From a virus (Duplodnaviria; Caudoviricetes): a DNA stretch of 63,385 bases. Position 1 is the stretch's first letter. Every line of letters begins with the position of its first letter. The translations under genes and the position numbers were made by a program. Below the pieces are notes generated by a model. It saw only the letters and a program-made list of their open reading frames with translations, was not told where the DNA came from and made no database searches. Where the stretch lies: positions 1-63,385 of IMG/VR virus record IMGVR_UViG_3300037751_000116; one strand, 5' to 3'. Below are positions 27,575-36,973 of the stretch, piece by piece.

Positions 27575-28225
27575 ATGCTAACCGAGAATTTGACTATTGA
27601 GGAGTTGACTGTCAAGCTCCGCAAGACCCGCAAGCGCAACCGTAAGCTCGACAGGCTCGTAGCATCTTTAAGGCAACACCAAGATGACTCAGAGATCAAA
27701 GTTCGTCTAGTTGAGCGAGAGCTAGAAGGCGAGCGGTCATACCGCGACGTTTTGGCTAATGAACTAGCAGACGCGCGACGGGAAACCGGTGAGACCCGGG
27801 AACGCCTGAAGCTCGCTCGTATCGAACTGGAAAAGGCGCGGAGAGAAATACAGACTCTTCGCAACCAGATACCCGAGGTGGTGGAAAAGCCAGCGCAGTA
27901 CCCCTACCTGCGGGTGATAGAAGTCGTGACCCCCGGCGAGTTTCTCTACGGGATTGGTCTATACGACTCCTCTGACGGGCCGGGGTATTCAATCGTCAGT
28001 TGGCAAACCGGCGATCTCAACGAGGCGTTCACCAACAAGCGCCGGGCAGCGGCCAAGGCGCGGGAACTGGCTAAACGCCTCAACATTCGGTTTCACGACG
28101 AAACCCCGCCCAACCCGGGCAACTATTACTCACAACTGATAGGGGTCGAGGTCGACTATAACGGAACTCCTCACTATCACGTGGACTGGGAGGCGGTGGT
28201 CCCTGTGGTGGAGGTCGAGGAGTGA
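27575..28225 (+). CDS. Coiled-coil hypothetical protein
   Basis: RBS aaagga; heptad-rich N-terminal half. Confidence 0.7.
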   Translation: MLTENLTIEELTVKLRKTRKRNRKLDRLVASLRQHQDDSEIKVRLVERELEGERSYRDVLANELADARRETGETRERLKLARIELEKARREIQTLRNQIPEVVEKPAQYPYLRVIEVVTPGEFLYGIGLYDSSDGPGYSIVSWQTGDLNEAFTNKRRAAAKARELAKRLNIRFHDETPPNPGNYYSQLIGVEVDYNGTPHYHVDWEAVVPVVEVEE

Positions 28226-28692
28226 GCCGCTTTCGTACTCAAGGGCGGCGGGCTGCGTTCGCATTGGCAACACAGCACGACGCCGATCTCCTGTGCCCTC
28301 ATAAAGAGGCGGACGGAGGATGGTCGTGGGAAGCGCACGCCGCAGAGTGGAGGGAGGGGTTCCTAGAGCGCTCCGCCGAACTCACCGAGGCAGCTACCGC
28401 GGCGATTGTTAGCGCCGCCGATGACGAGCTAGAGGTCGTGGCCGCTGCGGTTCGATCCTGCAACCTCGTATTCACGATGCCCCGCCCCGCTAGGCACCAC
28501 CACATCTTGCACGCCATGAGTCGCGACTTCAAGCTGGACGCGATCCTGCACGGCCTTCCTGACAACCAAGGGTTCCTCTTGTCAGACGGGACCTTTGCGG
28601 ACAGGATACGAGCGGCGACGGTAGCCCTCGCCTCTGGTCAGATCGAACAGTTGAACTGGCCTCCTGAACTCTACTCGGAGGATTTGTGGTGA
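28222..28692 (+). CDS. Phage hypothetical protein
   Basis: PARHHHI...QGFLLSDG.F.DR...LYSEDLW motif recalled from other phages. Confidence 0.7.
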   Translation: MSRFRTQGRRAAFALATQHDADLLCPHKEADGGWSWEAHAAEWREGFLERSAELTEAATAAIVSAADDELEVVAAAVRSCNLVFTMPRPARHHHILHAMSRDFKLDAILHGLPDNQGFLLSDGTFADRIRAATVALASGQIEQLNWPPELYSEDLW

Positions 28693-29213
28693 CCAATACC
28701 CCTCACATCTGGAGAGACCGCAAGCTAGGGCACGGCGACAAGCAGTGCACGGTCTGCCTTGCTACCGACCGGGAGTTGCTCGCTATGGGCGAACTCGATC
28801 ACTGCCCGGCATTTGAAACAGCCAAGCCCGCCGCCGTCGAAACCCCTACTCGATGGTCAGGCCGGGGTGACCCGGACAATCCCGCCGCAGCGACCTACAC
28901 GGTGGCCCAGTACGAAAGCCTCCGCAAGTCCCGCGACCGCTTTAAGGAACTCGCTAATCAGTTCGCCACGGACGCTGGTGATCTGGAGCGGGATATTGCC
29001 CGGCTGCGCAACATGGTGCTTGAACAGACCGACGGTGAGCCTGACATCGTGGTCCATGCGCGGGCGCTGGTCGCCTATCTGACCCCACTGAGGGAAAGCA
29101 CGATTTGGGAGGTGGCACAAAATGCCATGGACAAAGAGGGGGTCGAAGCCGCTGACATTGTCATGGCGGCGCTCTACCACCTCGCCAAGCGGAATAACCC
29201 CGATGACCTTTGA
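28686..29213 (+). CDS. Hypothetical protein
   Basis: Overlap-coupled. Confidence 0.6.
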   Translation: MVTNTPHIWRDRKLGHGDKQCTVCLATDRELLAMGELDHCPAFETAKPAAVETPTRWSGRGDPDNPAAATYTVAQYESLRKSRDRFKELANQFATDAGDLERDIARLRNMVLEQTDGEPDIVVHARALVAYLTPLRESTIWEVAQNAMDKEGVEAADIVMAALYHLAKRNNPDDL

Positions 29214-29496
29214 AGAATTGAAAGCCGCTGGGTTCGTCGAGCATCATCGCTGCGGTGCGTGCGACGACCCCGTAGGGTATCTGGTGCACCCGGATATGGC
29301 TGCGGCCTGTTTCAACAGCGGATGCTCCTGTAGCGGCGGGTTCCCTAACCATCGCATCCTGACTCACGAGGAGCTAGCGGCGGTTCCCGGTGGGCGCGCT
29401 ACCCCGCCCGCTCACGAGTGCGTCGCGCAGATCGTAGGCGTAGGCGGCGCTGGTCCCTTCTACAGTTGTCAAACCTGCGGCAAGGAAATGGACTGA
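29203..29496 (+). CDS. Small Cys-rich hypothetical protein
   Basis: CGAC, GCSC, CQTC. Confidence 0.55.
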   Translation: MTFEELKAAGFVEHHRCGACDDPVGYLVHPDMAAACFNSGCSCSGGFPNHRILTHEELAAVPGGRATPPAHECVAQIVGVGGAGPFYSCQTCGKEMD

Positions 29497-29620
29497 TGTT
29501 GCCGCAGCACTGGCTAAGGACTCAGCCCCGAACCCGCTGGTGCGATCTGCACGGATGGGTGACGAAGTGGCACGAGCATCACGGACGCTGCCCGATCATC
29601 GCTATACCGAGGTTGAAGAA

Positions 29621-29788
29621 ATGACCGTATCTGAACTCATTAACATTTTGTCCAGTATGCCGCAAAGTGCTACGGTATATACTCAGGGCGGAGACCATCG
29701 TCACGACTTCAGAACCTTTGACCGGGTCGAGCTTCAGGAGCGCAATACCTTCATACCGGCGGGGGTTTATCTGAACGGTATAGACTAG
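29621..29788 (+). CDS. Hypothetical protein
   Basis: MTVSELINILSSMP start, a common phage motif. Confidence 0.55.
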   Translation: MTVSELINILSSMPQSATVYTQGGDHRHDFRTFDRVELQERNTFIPAGVYLNGID

Positions 29789-29853
29789 AATAATCCTTGT
29801 CATTCGTTTTGATACCGGCTAAAAGGGGGTATCAGAATTGAAAGGAAGACATC

Positions 29854-30312
29854 GTGAAACTGGATGACCTAAAGATTGGTATTCGCCTTGCCCTACTCGA
29901 CCTCGGTCGCGATCCACAGGAGAAATTACCAACAAGCCGGGAAGCGCTCACCGCAAAACTTGATGGACTGCGGAGCGCGCAAGTGCATCATGAGGGATCG
30001 AAACTTAAACCCGAGGTAAAAGCGCATCTAAGCCAAAATACGGGCCGGGCGTTGCGCAATCCTCTGCCCATTCCTGAGATCACCGACTATCAACCCCAAC
30101 CGCGGACTAAAACCGCCGGACAGATCGAACTCGGTGACGGCTGGAAGTTCAAGTGGTTACTGGAGGGCGATACGAAGCCCGAAATCTGGGGCAGCATTGA
30201 AGCGCCCAACGGTTCGCTGGTCATTAAGTCATCCGGCTGGTACCGCACCGATGATCCTGAAGCCGCAGCCCGCCACGCGCGATCGTATATCGGCGGCGAA
30301 ACCTACTATTGA
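29854..30312 (+). CDS. Hypothetical protein
   Basis: Promoter and RBS aaagga upstream. Confidence 0.65.
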   Translation: MKLDDLKIGIRLALLDLGRDPQEKLPTSREALTAKLDGLRSAQVHHEGSKLKPEVKAHLSQNTGRALRNPLPIPEITDYQPQPRTKTAGQIELGDGWKFKWLLEGDTKPEIWGSIEAPNGSLVIKSSGWYRTDDPEAAARHARSYIGGETYY

Positions 30313-30326
30313 AAGGAAACTGAGAT

Positions 30327-30596
30327 ATGACTGACAGTATGGTGGCATTAACGTACAGCTACAAATGCGTCGTGGATGAACGGCAATCCGACGGAGGCGG
30401 CGGGATGGAACGAACCGGTCGAACCTTTGGGACTGTCATAGAACGGACCATCGTCGTACCGAAAGGGATGGTCGACGCCTTTTTCGAAATCGACTGGCAA
30501 CAGCGACAGCGGGTATCAAAAAACGCGGTATTGGTGGAGGGGGTCGAGAAACGCGACATTTCCCTGACATACCCCGCTCCTCATTACTGGGGCTGA
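30327..30596 (+). CDS. Hypothetical protein
   Basis: RBS aaagga. Confidence 0.65.
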   Translation: MTDSMVALTYSYKCVVDERQSDGGGGMERTGRTFGTVIERTIVVPKGMVDAFFEIDWQQRQRVSKNAVLVEGVEKRDISLTYPAPHYWG

Positions 30597-30615
30597 CCCT
30601 GAAAGGAACAAACCC

Positions 30616-30825
30616 ATGAACAATACTATCGAGAACCTACTGGTGGTCTTATTCGTATTTGGAGTAGGATTAGCGGTCCTTGTCGGTCCGGCGGCGCTAT
30701 ACACCTTGACGGTCTACGCCGCTACCGGCGGATGGCAGGACTTCGCAACCCTTGCCCGGATTACCGCCGGATGGTTTTGCATCTGCGTTATGATCCTTGC
30801 TCTGTCGCTAGGGGGTTCACGATGA
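30616..30825 (+). CDS. Small two-TM membrane protein
   Basis: Two hydrophobic segments; RBS aaagga. Confidence 0.65.
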   Translation: MNNTIENLLVVLFVFGVGLAVLVGPAALYTLTVYAATGGWQDFATLARITAGWFCICVMILALSLGGSR

Positions 30826-30998
30826 AAACCCGATTTCTCGACTCCCTCACTCCCGCTGTCATCGTCGCGCTTTCCGGTCTCGATATGTCCCGTGAAGTTC
30901 GTACGCAAAGGTACCAACTTAAAAAGGCTTTGCCTAACCCCGCCAAGCGGGCTAAGATCAAGGCTGCACGCAAGCAACGAAAGGCAACCAAGAAATGA
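30822..30998 (+). CDS. Small basic protein
   Basis: ATGA coupling; KRAKIKAARKQRK tail. Confidence 0.6.
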   Translation: MKTRFLDSLTPAVIVALSGLDMSREVRTQRYQLKKALPNPAKRAKIKAARKQRKATKK

Positions 30999-31249
30999 TT
31001 TCTCTCGAAAGTCACAACGAGAAGTTGGAGGCAAACGACGCCATCAAAGCCAACCTCTCAGAGATCAACCGGCACATGGGCGCTATCTGTGACCGGCTAT
31101 ATCTCGAACCGGGGGCGACCGCCGCCATGACCAAGAACTTTGAGTCGGTCAAGGAACAGCTTTCCTCGTTCGCCAAAGCGCTCTACGAGCGGTCGCAGGA
31201 ATTGAGCAACGAGTACAAGGTGCTCCGTGAAGCGGGGTTCGACGAATGA
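30995..31249 (+). CDS. Hypothetical protein
   Basis: ATGA coupling. Confidence 0.6.
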   Translation: MISLESHNEKLEANDAIKANLSEINRHMGAICDRLYLEPGATAAMTKNFESVKEQLSSFAKALYERSQELSNEYKVLREAGFDE

Positions 31250-31743
31250 TCCCCGGTATTCTGGCCACCGTCGGCACAATGAAGCCCGACCGCGCCCCCG
31301 ACTTCGTCATCGGCCCACCTGATAACCCCTACATGCAGCGCTGGTGGGTTATCCCCCGGAACTACCAGTTCAACATCTACTACCACCGCATCCTTCGTGA
31401 CGACGACGACAGCGCTCTGCACGATCACCCTTGGCCTAGCTTTTCGATCATGACCAAGGGCGCGCTTCGTGAGATCACGAACGGCGGCTCACATACGATC
31501 ATGGCGGGCGACTGCGTATTCCGCGAACCGGAAATGGCGCACCGGCTGGAGCTAATCAGAAACGAACCCGCTGAGACCCTATTCATCACGGGGGCCGCGT
31601 GCCGCGACTGGGGTTTCCACTGCCCGAAAGGGTGGCGGCATTGGCGCGACTTCGTTGCACAGAACGAGGGGGAAATCGGGCGCGGCTGCGGCGAAATGGA
31701 CGAAACCGAAAGCTACCTGTATAACAAGGAACCTGACAAATGA
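31246..31743 (+). CDS. Cupin-fold protein
   Basis: LHDHPW, E, AHRL, TLFITG, WGF motifs. Confidence 0.75.
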   Translation: MIPGILATVGTMKPDRAPDFVIGPPDNPYMQRWWVIPRNYQFNIYYHRILRDDDDSALHDHPWPSFSIMTKGALREITNGGSHTIMAGDCVFREPEMAHRLELIRNEPAETLFITGAACRDWGFHCPKGWRHWRDFVAQNEGEIGRGCGEMDETESYLYNKEPDK

Positions 31744-32333
31744 CCTCGGACAAGGACCGCAACTGGCCGGGCGATGCCAGCCAAGAGAACGGCAACTACA
31801 ACTGCACTTGTTGCCAGTGCGGGTTGGTATTCATCGGGCACAAGCGCCGCGTTCAATGCCGTGCGTGCACCAAACCAGAGGATCAGTTGGTTGAAGCTAC
31901 AGTCGAACTGAAGCGGATCAAGGCTCAACTCGCGATCAAGGGCGGCGACGCCACTTGGCCTACGAAGTGGGCTTATGAGAGCGCGTGCGCGGCTCTGGAT
32001 AAACATCGCAAGCGGGCGGACGATGCAGAGGCGGCTTTGCGCACCATCGCTGAGACCCCCGCGCATCATGCCGGGCAGACGCCTAACGAGTTTCACTTTC
32101 AACAGTTGGCGCGGCAAACTCTTGGCGTCCCGAAACAATACCAGCCCCGCCTGTGTGAGATTGACGATCCTATCACCCAGAGCGAGCTAGGCGCCGCCTT
32201 TGGTGAAAGTATGCCTGTCAGCGTCGCGGAGGTGCTATATCATAGCGGTATGACCCTTGCGACTTCTATGGAACTTCGCAAGGCCGTTAACGCGGCGCTC
32301 GTCAAACTGGAAAAGGGGGACCAAGATGGTTGA
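31740..32333 (+). CDS. Hypothetical protein with N-terminal Zn ribbon
   Basis: ENGNYNCTCCQCG..FIGHKRRVQCRAC. Confidence 0.7.
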   Translation: MTSDKDRNWPGDASQENGNYNCTCCQCGLVFIGHKRRVQCRACTKPEDQLVEATVELKRIKAQLAIKGGDATWPTKWAYESACAALDKHRKRADDAEAALRTIAETPAHHAGQTPNEFHFQQLARQTLGVPKQYQPRLCEIDDPITQSELGAAFGESMPVSVAEVLYHSGMTLATSMELRKAVNAALVKLEKGDQDG

Positions 32334-32487
32334 TTTCTTGCTGGCGGTATTCGATACCGTAGCTTCGCGACCTGCGGCGCTATTCTTCATTGTGATAGCA
32401 ATGTACCTGATTGTTGTCCCATGCCGCTACGACCCTGCCATCCGCCTAAAAGAGCGGCTTGACAAGAGAAAGGACAAACGGAAATGA
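32326..32487 (+). CDS. Small membrane protein
   Basis: One TM; YDPAIRLKE. Confidence 0.55.
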   Translation: MVDFLLAVFDTVASRPAALFFIVIAMYLIVVPCRYDPAIRLKERLDKRKDKRK

Positions 32488-32840
32488 GCGTCGATTACAA
32501 CGTGGCATACGCCATCGTGAAAACCATGAACGAGGTACTGGCCCTTGACTCCGCTCTGGTTGAGTTGATGGTAAATACCCGCATTCCGTGCGACAAGCCT
32601 TTGGCGGATCACTCGAGTGTTCAGGTCAGTGTACAGACCTATGAGGATGGCGCGATTGTCTATTATCGGGTCGGCTTGCTCGGTATCCTGAACGGTATCG
32701 CCGGATCGTTCGACGAAGGTGATCGAAAGGGCCACGGCCCTATTGTCGCCACAATGAACCTTGAAGACGGGACCATATCCAGTTTTCACGTTCAGAATGA
32801 TAACGGCGACGTGGTCTATAGGGATGAGGTACAGAAATGA
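32484..32840 (+). CDS. Hypothetical protein
   Basis: ATGA coupling; VGLLGILNG motif. Confidence 0.65.
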   Translation: MSVDYNVAYAIVKTMNEVLALDSALVELMVNTRIPCDKPLADHSSVQVSVQTYEDGAIVYYRVGLLGILNGIAGSFDEGDRKGHGPIVATMNLEDGTISSFHVQNDNGDVVYRDEVQK

Positions 32841-33247
32841 TCTGCCACCTCCGCGATCTCGACGGAACGGGTAGCTTGCATGTTTGTTCGCAAGAGGACC
32901 CGGGCGCTATCGCGCACATGCCAGTGAAAGCCGCCCTCGCCATGCCAGCACAGGCGTTCGCCGATGCTGCGACCTATCTTGGCGATCTACTGATGACCGG
33001 AACCAACTTGCCGGTGGAACAGGTGGTGACCTTGCAAGAGGCCGTTCGTAATAGGCCGTCCCGGCTAATCTCCGCCCGTCTGGAGCGCCTACTTGCTGAG
33101 GAGCGGGAGGCAGAGCGCCAAAGGATCGACGCGCTCCTAGAGGCGCGGCTAGCGGTGCTCCAGCAAGCCGTAAATGAAGGCGACGAGCCTAGAGGGGTCG
33201 AAACCCTGACCGGCGAGTATCAACATATAAGAGGACTACTCAAATGA
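32837..33247 (+). CDS. Hypothetical protein
   Basis: ATGA coupling. Confidence 0.6.
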   Translation: MICHLRDLDGTGSLHVCSQEDPGAIAHMPVKAALAMPAQAFADAATYLGDLLMTGTNLPVEQVVTLQEAVRNRPSRLISARLERLLAEEREAERQRIDALLEARLAVLQQAVNEGDEPRGVETLTGEYQHIRGLLK

Positions 33248-33675
33248 AACCCGGAAATGTAAGATGTATGGACTGCCGGTGCGACGGCAAGGGTGAATGC
33301 CCCGGCGAAAGCCCCGCCGACCAAGCGCGGTTTCAGTCGCAGATGGAACGAGAAATGCGGCCCTCTCTGGTCGGAACCACGAGCCGCGGTCCTACCCCGC
33401 CGATATACGACAACGCGGAAATCCGCCCGCCCGCGCCGATCATCCCCACGGAGGCCGCACCCGAGACTCGGGAAATCGTACCGGTGACCAGGTATCGAGG
33501 TCGAGACGGTGGTACCTACGGCACCCCTGAACTGGCTGCGGCTTCGTATCTTTACGATATAATCGGCGACAACCTTCAGCACGCGGAGGCGCTGACAATA
33601 ATCAAAAAGCGTCGTGAGCTTCAAGCTGTGTTTGATAGTTTGGACCTCGCCTTGAAGCTGGAGCCGGGACAATGA
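33244..33675 (+). CDS. Hypothetical protein
   Basis: ATGA coupling. Confidence 0.6.
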   Translation: MKPGNVRCMDCRCDGKGECPGESPADQARFQSQMEREMRPSLVGTTSRGPTPPIYDNAEIRPPAPIIPTEAAPETREIVPVTRYRGRDGGTYGTPELAAASYLYDIIGDNLQHAEALTIIKKRRELQAVFDSLDLALKLEPGQ

Positions 33676-33902
33676 CCCGCGTATATCGGGTCAGACAGGC
33701 TCGGGTTCAAGATGCAACCGCAGCGGGGCATAGGCACCGACTGTGGATTGCGGAGTATCAGGTGACCCTGTTCGGTTTTCGCTTGTGGTAGTGGCCGGTG
33801 ACAGGTGTCTGGCGGTCACGAGATACCGCGGCCAAGCGCGACGTTGAACGGGAGCTAGAAGTAGACGAGCCTCTTGAACCCGCTTGGTATCTCGAAAATT
33901 AA
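33672..33902 (+). pseudogene. 76-codon ORF interrupted by one in-frame TAG at codon 40
   Basis: ATGA-coupled start; ...FRLW-TAG-WPVTGVW... stays open to TAA 33900-33902. Confidence 0.55.
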
Positions 33903-33926
33903 TTTGCCGTTGGTGCAAAATAGTTC

Positions 33927-33955
33927 TTGATGTTGGTATAAACCTACTTTAAGAA
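33927..33955 (+). promoter_or_regulatory. Sigma70-type promoter
   Basis: TTGATG-17-TAAGAA; spacer ends ctactt, as in the promoter at 5809-5870. Confidence 0.6.
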
Positions 33956-34009
33956 GGATGGTAGAGGGGCGGCGCAGGGCCATCCCCACCAACTGAAGGA
34001 CTAAATCAA

Positions 34010-34396
34010 ATGAGCATCAAAGTTTATACCGCCAAATCCTCCGCAGCCCGCGCAGCCAAGAAACTCGCAAGCGCCGCACCCGAGGGAACCAACTTCACGG
34101 TCGACCCCACAGACGGCGGATGGAAAGTTACGGAGCACGCCCCGGTCGCCGCACCGCAGGTCGAAGCACCCGCAGAGATTGAAACCACCGAAGAAGTTGC
34201 AGGTCCCGGCGCGGTCGAGTTCGGACTTCTTTTTGCCCAACACGGCGGAACGCAGCCCCGCGGTATCTGCAAAGCGCTCCGCGCCATTGCAACGGAGTGG
34301 ACCGGGAGCCGCAAAGAGTTCTTGGAAGCGGCTTCCATCTGCGGCCTGAATGTCGCCAACGCAGCGGCGGAGTGGCAGGTCGCCCGCAAGAAATGA
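34010..34396 (+). CDS. Hypothetical protein; C-terminal domain similar to 13275-13955
   Basis: GLNVANAAAEWQVARK. Confidence 0.7.
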   Translation: MSIKVYTAKSSAARAAKKLASAAPEGTNFTVDPTDGGWKVTEHAPVAAPQVEAPAEIETTEEVAGPGAVEFGLLFAQHGGTQPRGICKALRAIATEWTGSRKEFLEAASICGLNVANAAAEWQVARKK

Positions 34397-34458
34397 TTTG
34401 CCTACTAGCCCTCTGAGACGCTATCAGAGGGCTATCGCATCCACAAGGGGGACAGCCT

Positions 34459-34644
34459 ATGACAGACAGCACTACCAACCACGAAGAACAGAGAGCCGCG
34501 AAACTCGCGGCTCTAGCGGCGTTGCCTACGGAAGCCGTCAAGCGTGAGCTTATGGATTATGAGTACCGCGACATCGTGGGACATGAAGGCCGATTGCGTC
34601 AGGACGAGCTTACGCAAGAATTGAGGCGACGCAATGGCGCTTAA
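34459..34644 (+). CDS. Hypothetical protein
   Basis: RBS gggga. Confidence 0.6.
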   Translation: MTDSTTNHEEQRAAKLAALAALPTEAVKRELMDYEYRDIVGHEGRLRQDELTQELRRRNGA

Positions 34645-35038
34645 GCCGGGCGGAGCCAAACAGAAAGGCGCTGACGGCGAGCGAGAGCTAGCCAACCTTT
34701 TGGTTGGCATAGCGGCCACCGTTGGCGTCAAGCTGGACCTGAACCGCAATCTGGAACAGACCCGTGGAGGCGGGCACGATCTGGTCGGGCTGGAGATAGA
34801 CTACGGCCTAGCGGTCGAGGTCAAGAGGGTTGAGGCTATGGCCCTGAACTCATGGTGGGCGCAAGCTGTAAGGCAAGCTAAGGTCGCTGGTTGTGACCCC
34901 GTGCTCGCTTGGCGGCAAAACCGTCAGCCATGGCGCTTTCGCATCCGGGGTTACGTCTGGCCGTGCGGCCACGAGCTAGACATCGACCTAGAGCTAGCGC
35001 AATTCACCGTTTGGTTCAAATCGAGGTTAGGAAAATGA
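34634..35038 (+). CDS. Holliday junction resolvase-like PD-(D/E)XK nuclease
   Basis: KQKGADGERE, HDL, VEVKR, WWAQA. Confidence 0.8.
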   Translation: MALKPGGAKQKGADGERELANLLVGIAATVGVKLDLNRNLEQTRGGGHDLVGLEIDYGLAVEVKRVEAMALNSWWAQAVRQAKVAGCDPVLAWRQNRQPWRFRIRGYVWPCGHELDIDLELAQFTVWFKSRLGK

Positions 35039-35355
35039 AGTATATCATGTTCAAAGATATGACGTCAGGGCAGCGACTACCGGTCACCTTCCCCGACGCA
35101 TTGACTCACTCCGCAATGGCGGAGGCTATCGCTAGGGCGCGACCCGATGACAGATTGTTATCGGTCCTGTCAGCCGGGTTCGTCGTTATGGAAAATGGGT
35201 ACCTGATAACCCACGGACGCAGCGAGAGCTTGGGGCTATCTTGCGACCCCGCCGACGGGGCTTACCTATCCCTTGGCGACTCAGTCAGTTTTATGGACCC
35301 CTCCGCCGCGGTCCATATGTTTCAGATGTGGTTGTCTCATGCCAATGAGGGTTGA
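35035..35355 (+). CDS. Hypothetical protein
   Basis: MKYIMF...FP..LTH...SAGF...GRSESL. Confidence 0.65.
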   Translation: MKYIMFKDMTSGQRLPVTFPDALTHSAMAEAIARARPDDRLLSVLSAGFVVMENGYLITHGRSESLGLSCDPADGAYLSLGDSVSFMDPSAAVHMFQMWLSHANEG

Positions 35356-35731
35356 AGTTCGCGGCGTCATCTATGGGTCGGTCAAAGAATGCGCCGATGC
35401 CTTGGGGGTCAGCATCAAGACCGTCTATAGCGCTCTGGACCGCGGTTCCATTGACAATGTAGGCTCGGGGGTCTACCGAGGCGGACGCGCCCGCTGCCCC
35501 GTCGAGATTTGCGGCCATCGGTGGCCATCCTACAGCGCCTGTGCCAGAGACCTCGGTGAAACCCCGGCCATGGTACGCCACGCGATCACCAAGGGAAGTA
35601 TAAAAGGCAGGGCTAGACTTGAATATCTTACGTCTCAAATCAATTTTGGCTTGCATACCGAAACCGTACGCGGCTATGAAGGGGATGCAAGCTTAGAGAA
35701 AGGAACGCAAGTTGCGAATGTGGATGATTGA
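35345..35731 (+). CDS. Tandem HTH (NUMOD-like) DNA-binding protein
   Basis: Two repeats: YGSVKECADALGVS and WPSYSACARDLGET. Confidence 0.65.
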   Translation: MRVEVRGVIYGSVKECADALGVSIKTVYSALDRGSIDNVGSGVYRGGRARCPVEICGHRWPSYSACARDLGETPAMVRHAITKGSIKGRARLEYLTSQINFGLHTETVRGYEGDASLEKGTQVANVDD

Positions 35732-36068
35732 CCCGAAGCTCATGTGCAACCAGCATTTGGTTGGTGAGCATGTCGAGTTGCATATGCTTTACGGCTGTAT
35801 GGAAAAAGGTCGCAGCATTGCGGGCTACGCCAAGAACGGCGTAGTCGAAATGGCCAAGCTGTCAGAGCGCCACGACGATCTGGTCGAGGAAATGCTGTCA
35901 AGGGATATGCGGCACAAGTCACCGATGGACCCGGTCAAGGCGGCGACGATGGTTAGCTATCTTGCGCCGTTCGAGCGGGAGGCGACCGTAGACCGCCAAG
36001 CCTCATTGGCGGAGCTTCACCGCCGTTGCCCGGCTTGCTGCAAACGAGCGGGGGTATCATGGACCTGA
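35712..36068 (+). CDS. Pyrimidine-dimer DNA glycosylase / endonuclease V-like protein
   Basis: MRMWMIDP..MC.QHL.GEH.ELHM, RHDDLVEEM..R...HKSP. Confidence 0.75.
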   Translation: MRMWMIDPKLMCNQHLVGEHVELHMLYGCMEKGRSIAGYAKNGVVEMAKLSERHDDLVEEMLSRDMRHKSPMDPVKAATMVSYLAPFEREATVDRQASLAELHRRCPACCKRAGVSWT

Positions 36069-36232
36069 AGTCTATGAGCAAGGCGGGTATCATTACCCGC
36101 GCCGAACTCCGGGCGATCTCTCACGGTAAGAAGGCCATCAAGAACGGTCATATCTGCCACCGCGACACCAAGATGGTTGACGGCAAGTTGATCGTTCGCC
36201 ATCGCCAAATCAGGAGGCTAAAGGATGGCTAA
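36059..36232 (+). CDS. Small basic protein
   Basis: Overlap-coupled. Confidence 0.5.
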   Translation: MDLKSMSKAGIITRAELRAISHGKKAIKNGHICHRDTKMVDGKLIVRHRQIRRLKDG

Positions 36233-36512
36233 CCCAGTTGGATTTCAGGGCGCTAACTTCATCTTTGGTGCGCCTGCGGGTCGAGAGGATACCGTACGCG
36301 ATCTGGAGGTAGCGATATTCCCGGATCACTCGGTCAGCTGTTGGCGGCTTTCAGAGGAGGAACTCGCAGAGGTCCAGCGAACAGGCGTCGTATGGCTGCG
36401 AATTGAGGGGACCCGAATGTTCCCCGTCTACGTGAGCGGTGAAGCCCTCGTACTTATTGGGGACGAACCCGCTAAAGCTGAACCGTATATACCTTTGAAA
36501 GGACGGTCATGA
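36225..36512 (+). CDS. Hypothetical protein
   Basis: SCWRLSEEELAEVQRTGVVWL. Confidence 0.65.
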   Translation: MANPVGFQGANFIFGAPAGREDTVRDLEVAIFPDHSVSCWRLSEEELAEVQRTGVVWLRIEGTRMFPVYVSGEALVLIGDEPAKAEPYIPLKGRS

Positions 36513-36748
36513 CTAGCAGAGCATCAACAGAAATCGACATTCGGGTAGGGCGGAACCTCCGCCGTGCCCGTCAGCATAGGGGCTATACTCAAGACGAGCT
36601 AGCCCGGCGCATCGGGGTACGGTCGCAGCAAGTCCAGAAATACGAGAGCGGCGAAAATCGCATCACCGCCGGGCGGCTCTGGCAAGCGTCGCACCACCTG
36701 CGGGTACCGATCACCGATCTATTTGATGAGGTGTTCACATGCCTGTAG
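36509..36748 (+). CDS. XRE-family HTH transcriptional regulator
   Basis: VGRNLRRAR...TQDELA..IGV..QQVQKYESGENRI. Confidence 0.9.
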   Translation: MTSRASTEIDIRVGRNLRRARQHRGYTQDELARRIGVRSQQVQKYESGENRITAGRLWQASHHLRVPITDLFDEVFTCL

Positions 36749-36960
36749 CGATTAAGCTGGAGCCGCACCAAGAGAAAACGGTATACCCCGAAGTCGAGCA
36801 GTGGGCGTCGGAAAACTTCCATCTGGTCGACAGCGTCGATCTGTTCAAGGGCAGATTGACAATCACTACCCGGTCTATAATCCATGACCGGGAAACCCTT
36901 GACCTCATGATCGAGGACGGTATACTTGACCCGACCGAGATTGATTACGAAATCGAATAG
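36739..36960 (+). CDS. Small acidic protein
   Basis: RBS gaggtg. Confidence 0.6.
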   Translation: MPVAIKLEPHQEKTVYPEVEQWASENFHLVDSVDLFKGRLTITTRSIIHDRETLDLMIEDGILDPTEIDYEIE

Positions 36961-36973
36961 GAGCATCAAAAAC

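Noticed and set aside
33789-33791. Genome-wide amber recoding
   Set aside because: TAG terminates several well-defined genes (for example terS at 39849 and folE), long genes are uninterrupted, and no suppressor tRNA was seen.
36509-36748. Lysogeny module
   Set aside because: A lone XRE gene within a co-oriented operon; no integrase, parA or divergent cI/cro pair was recognised.
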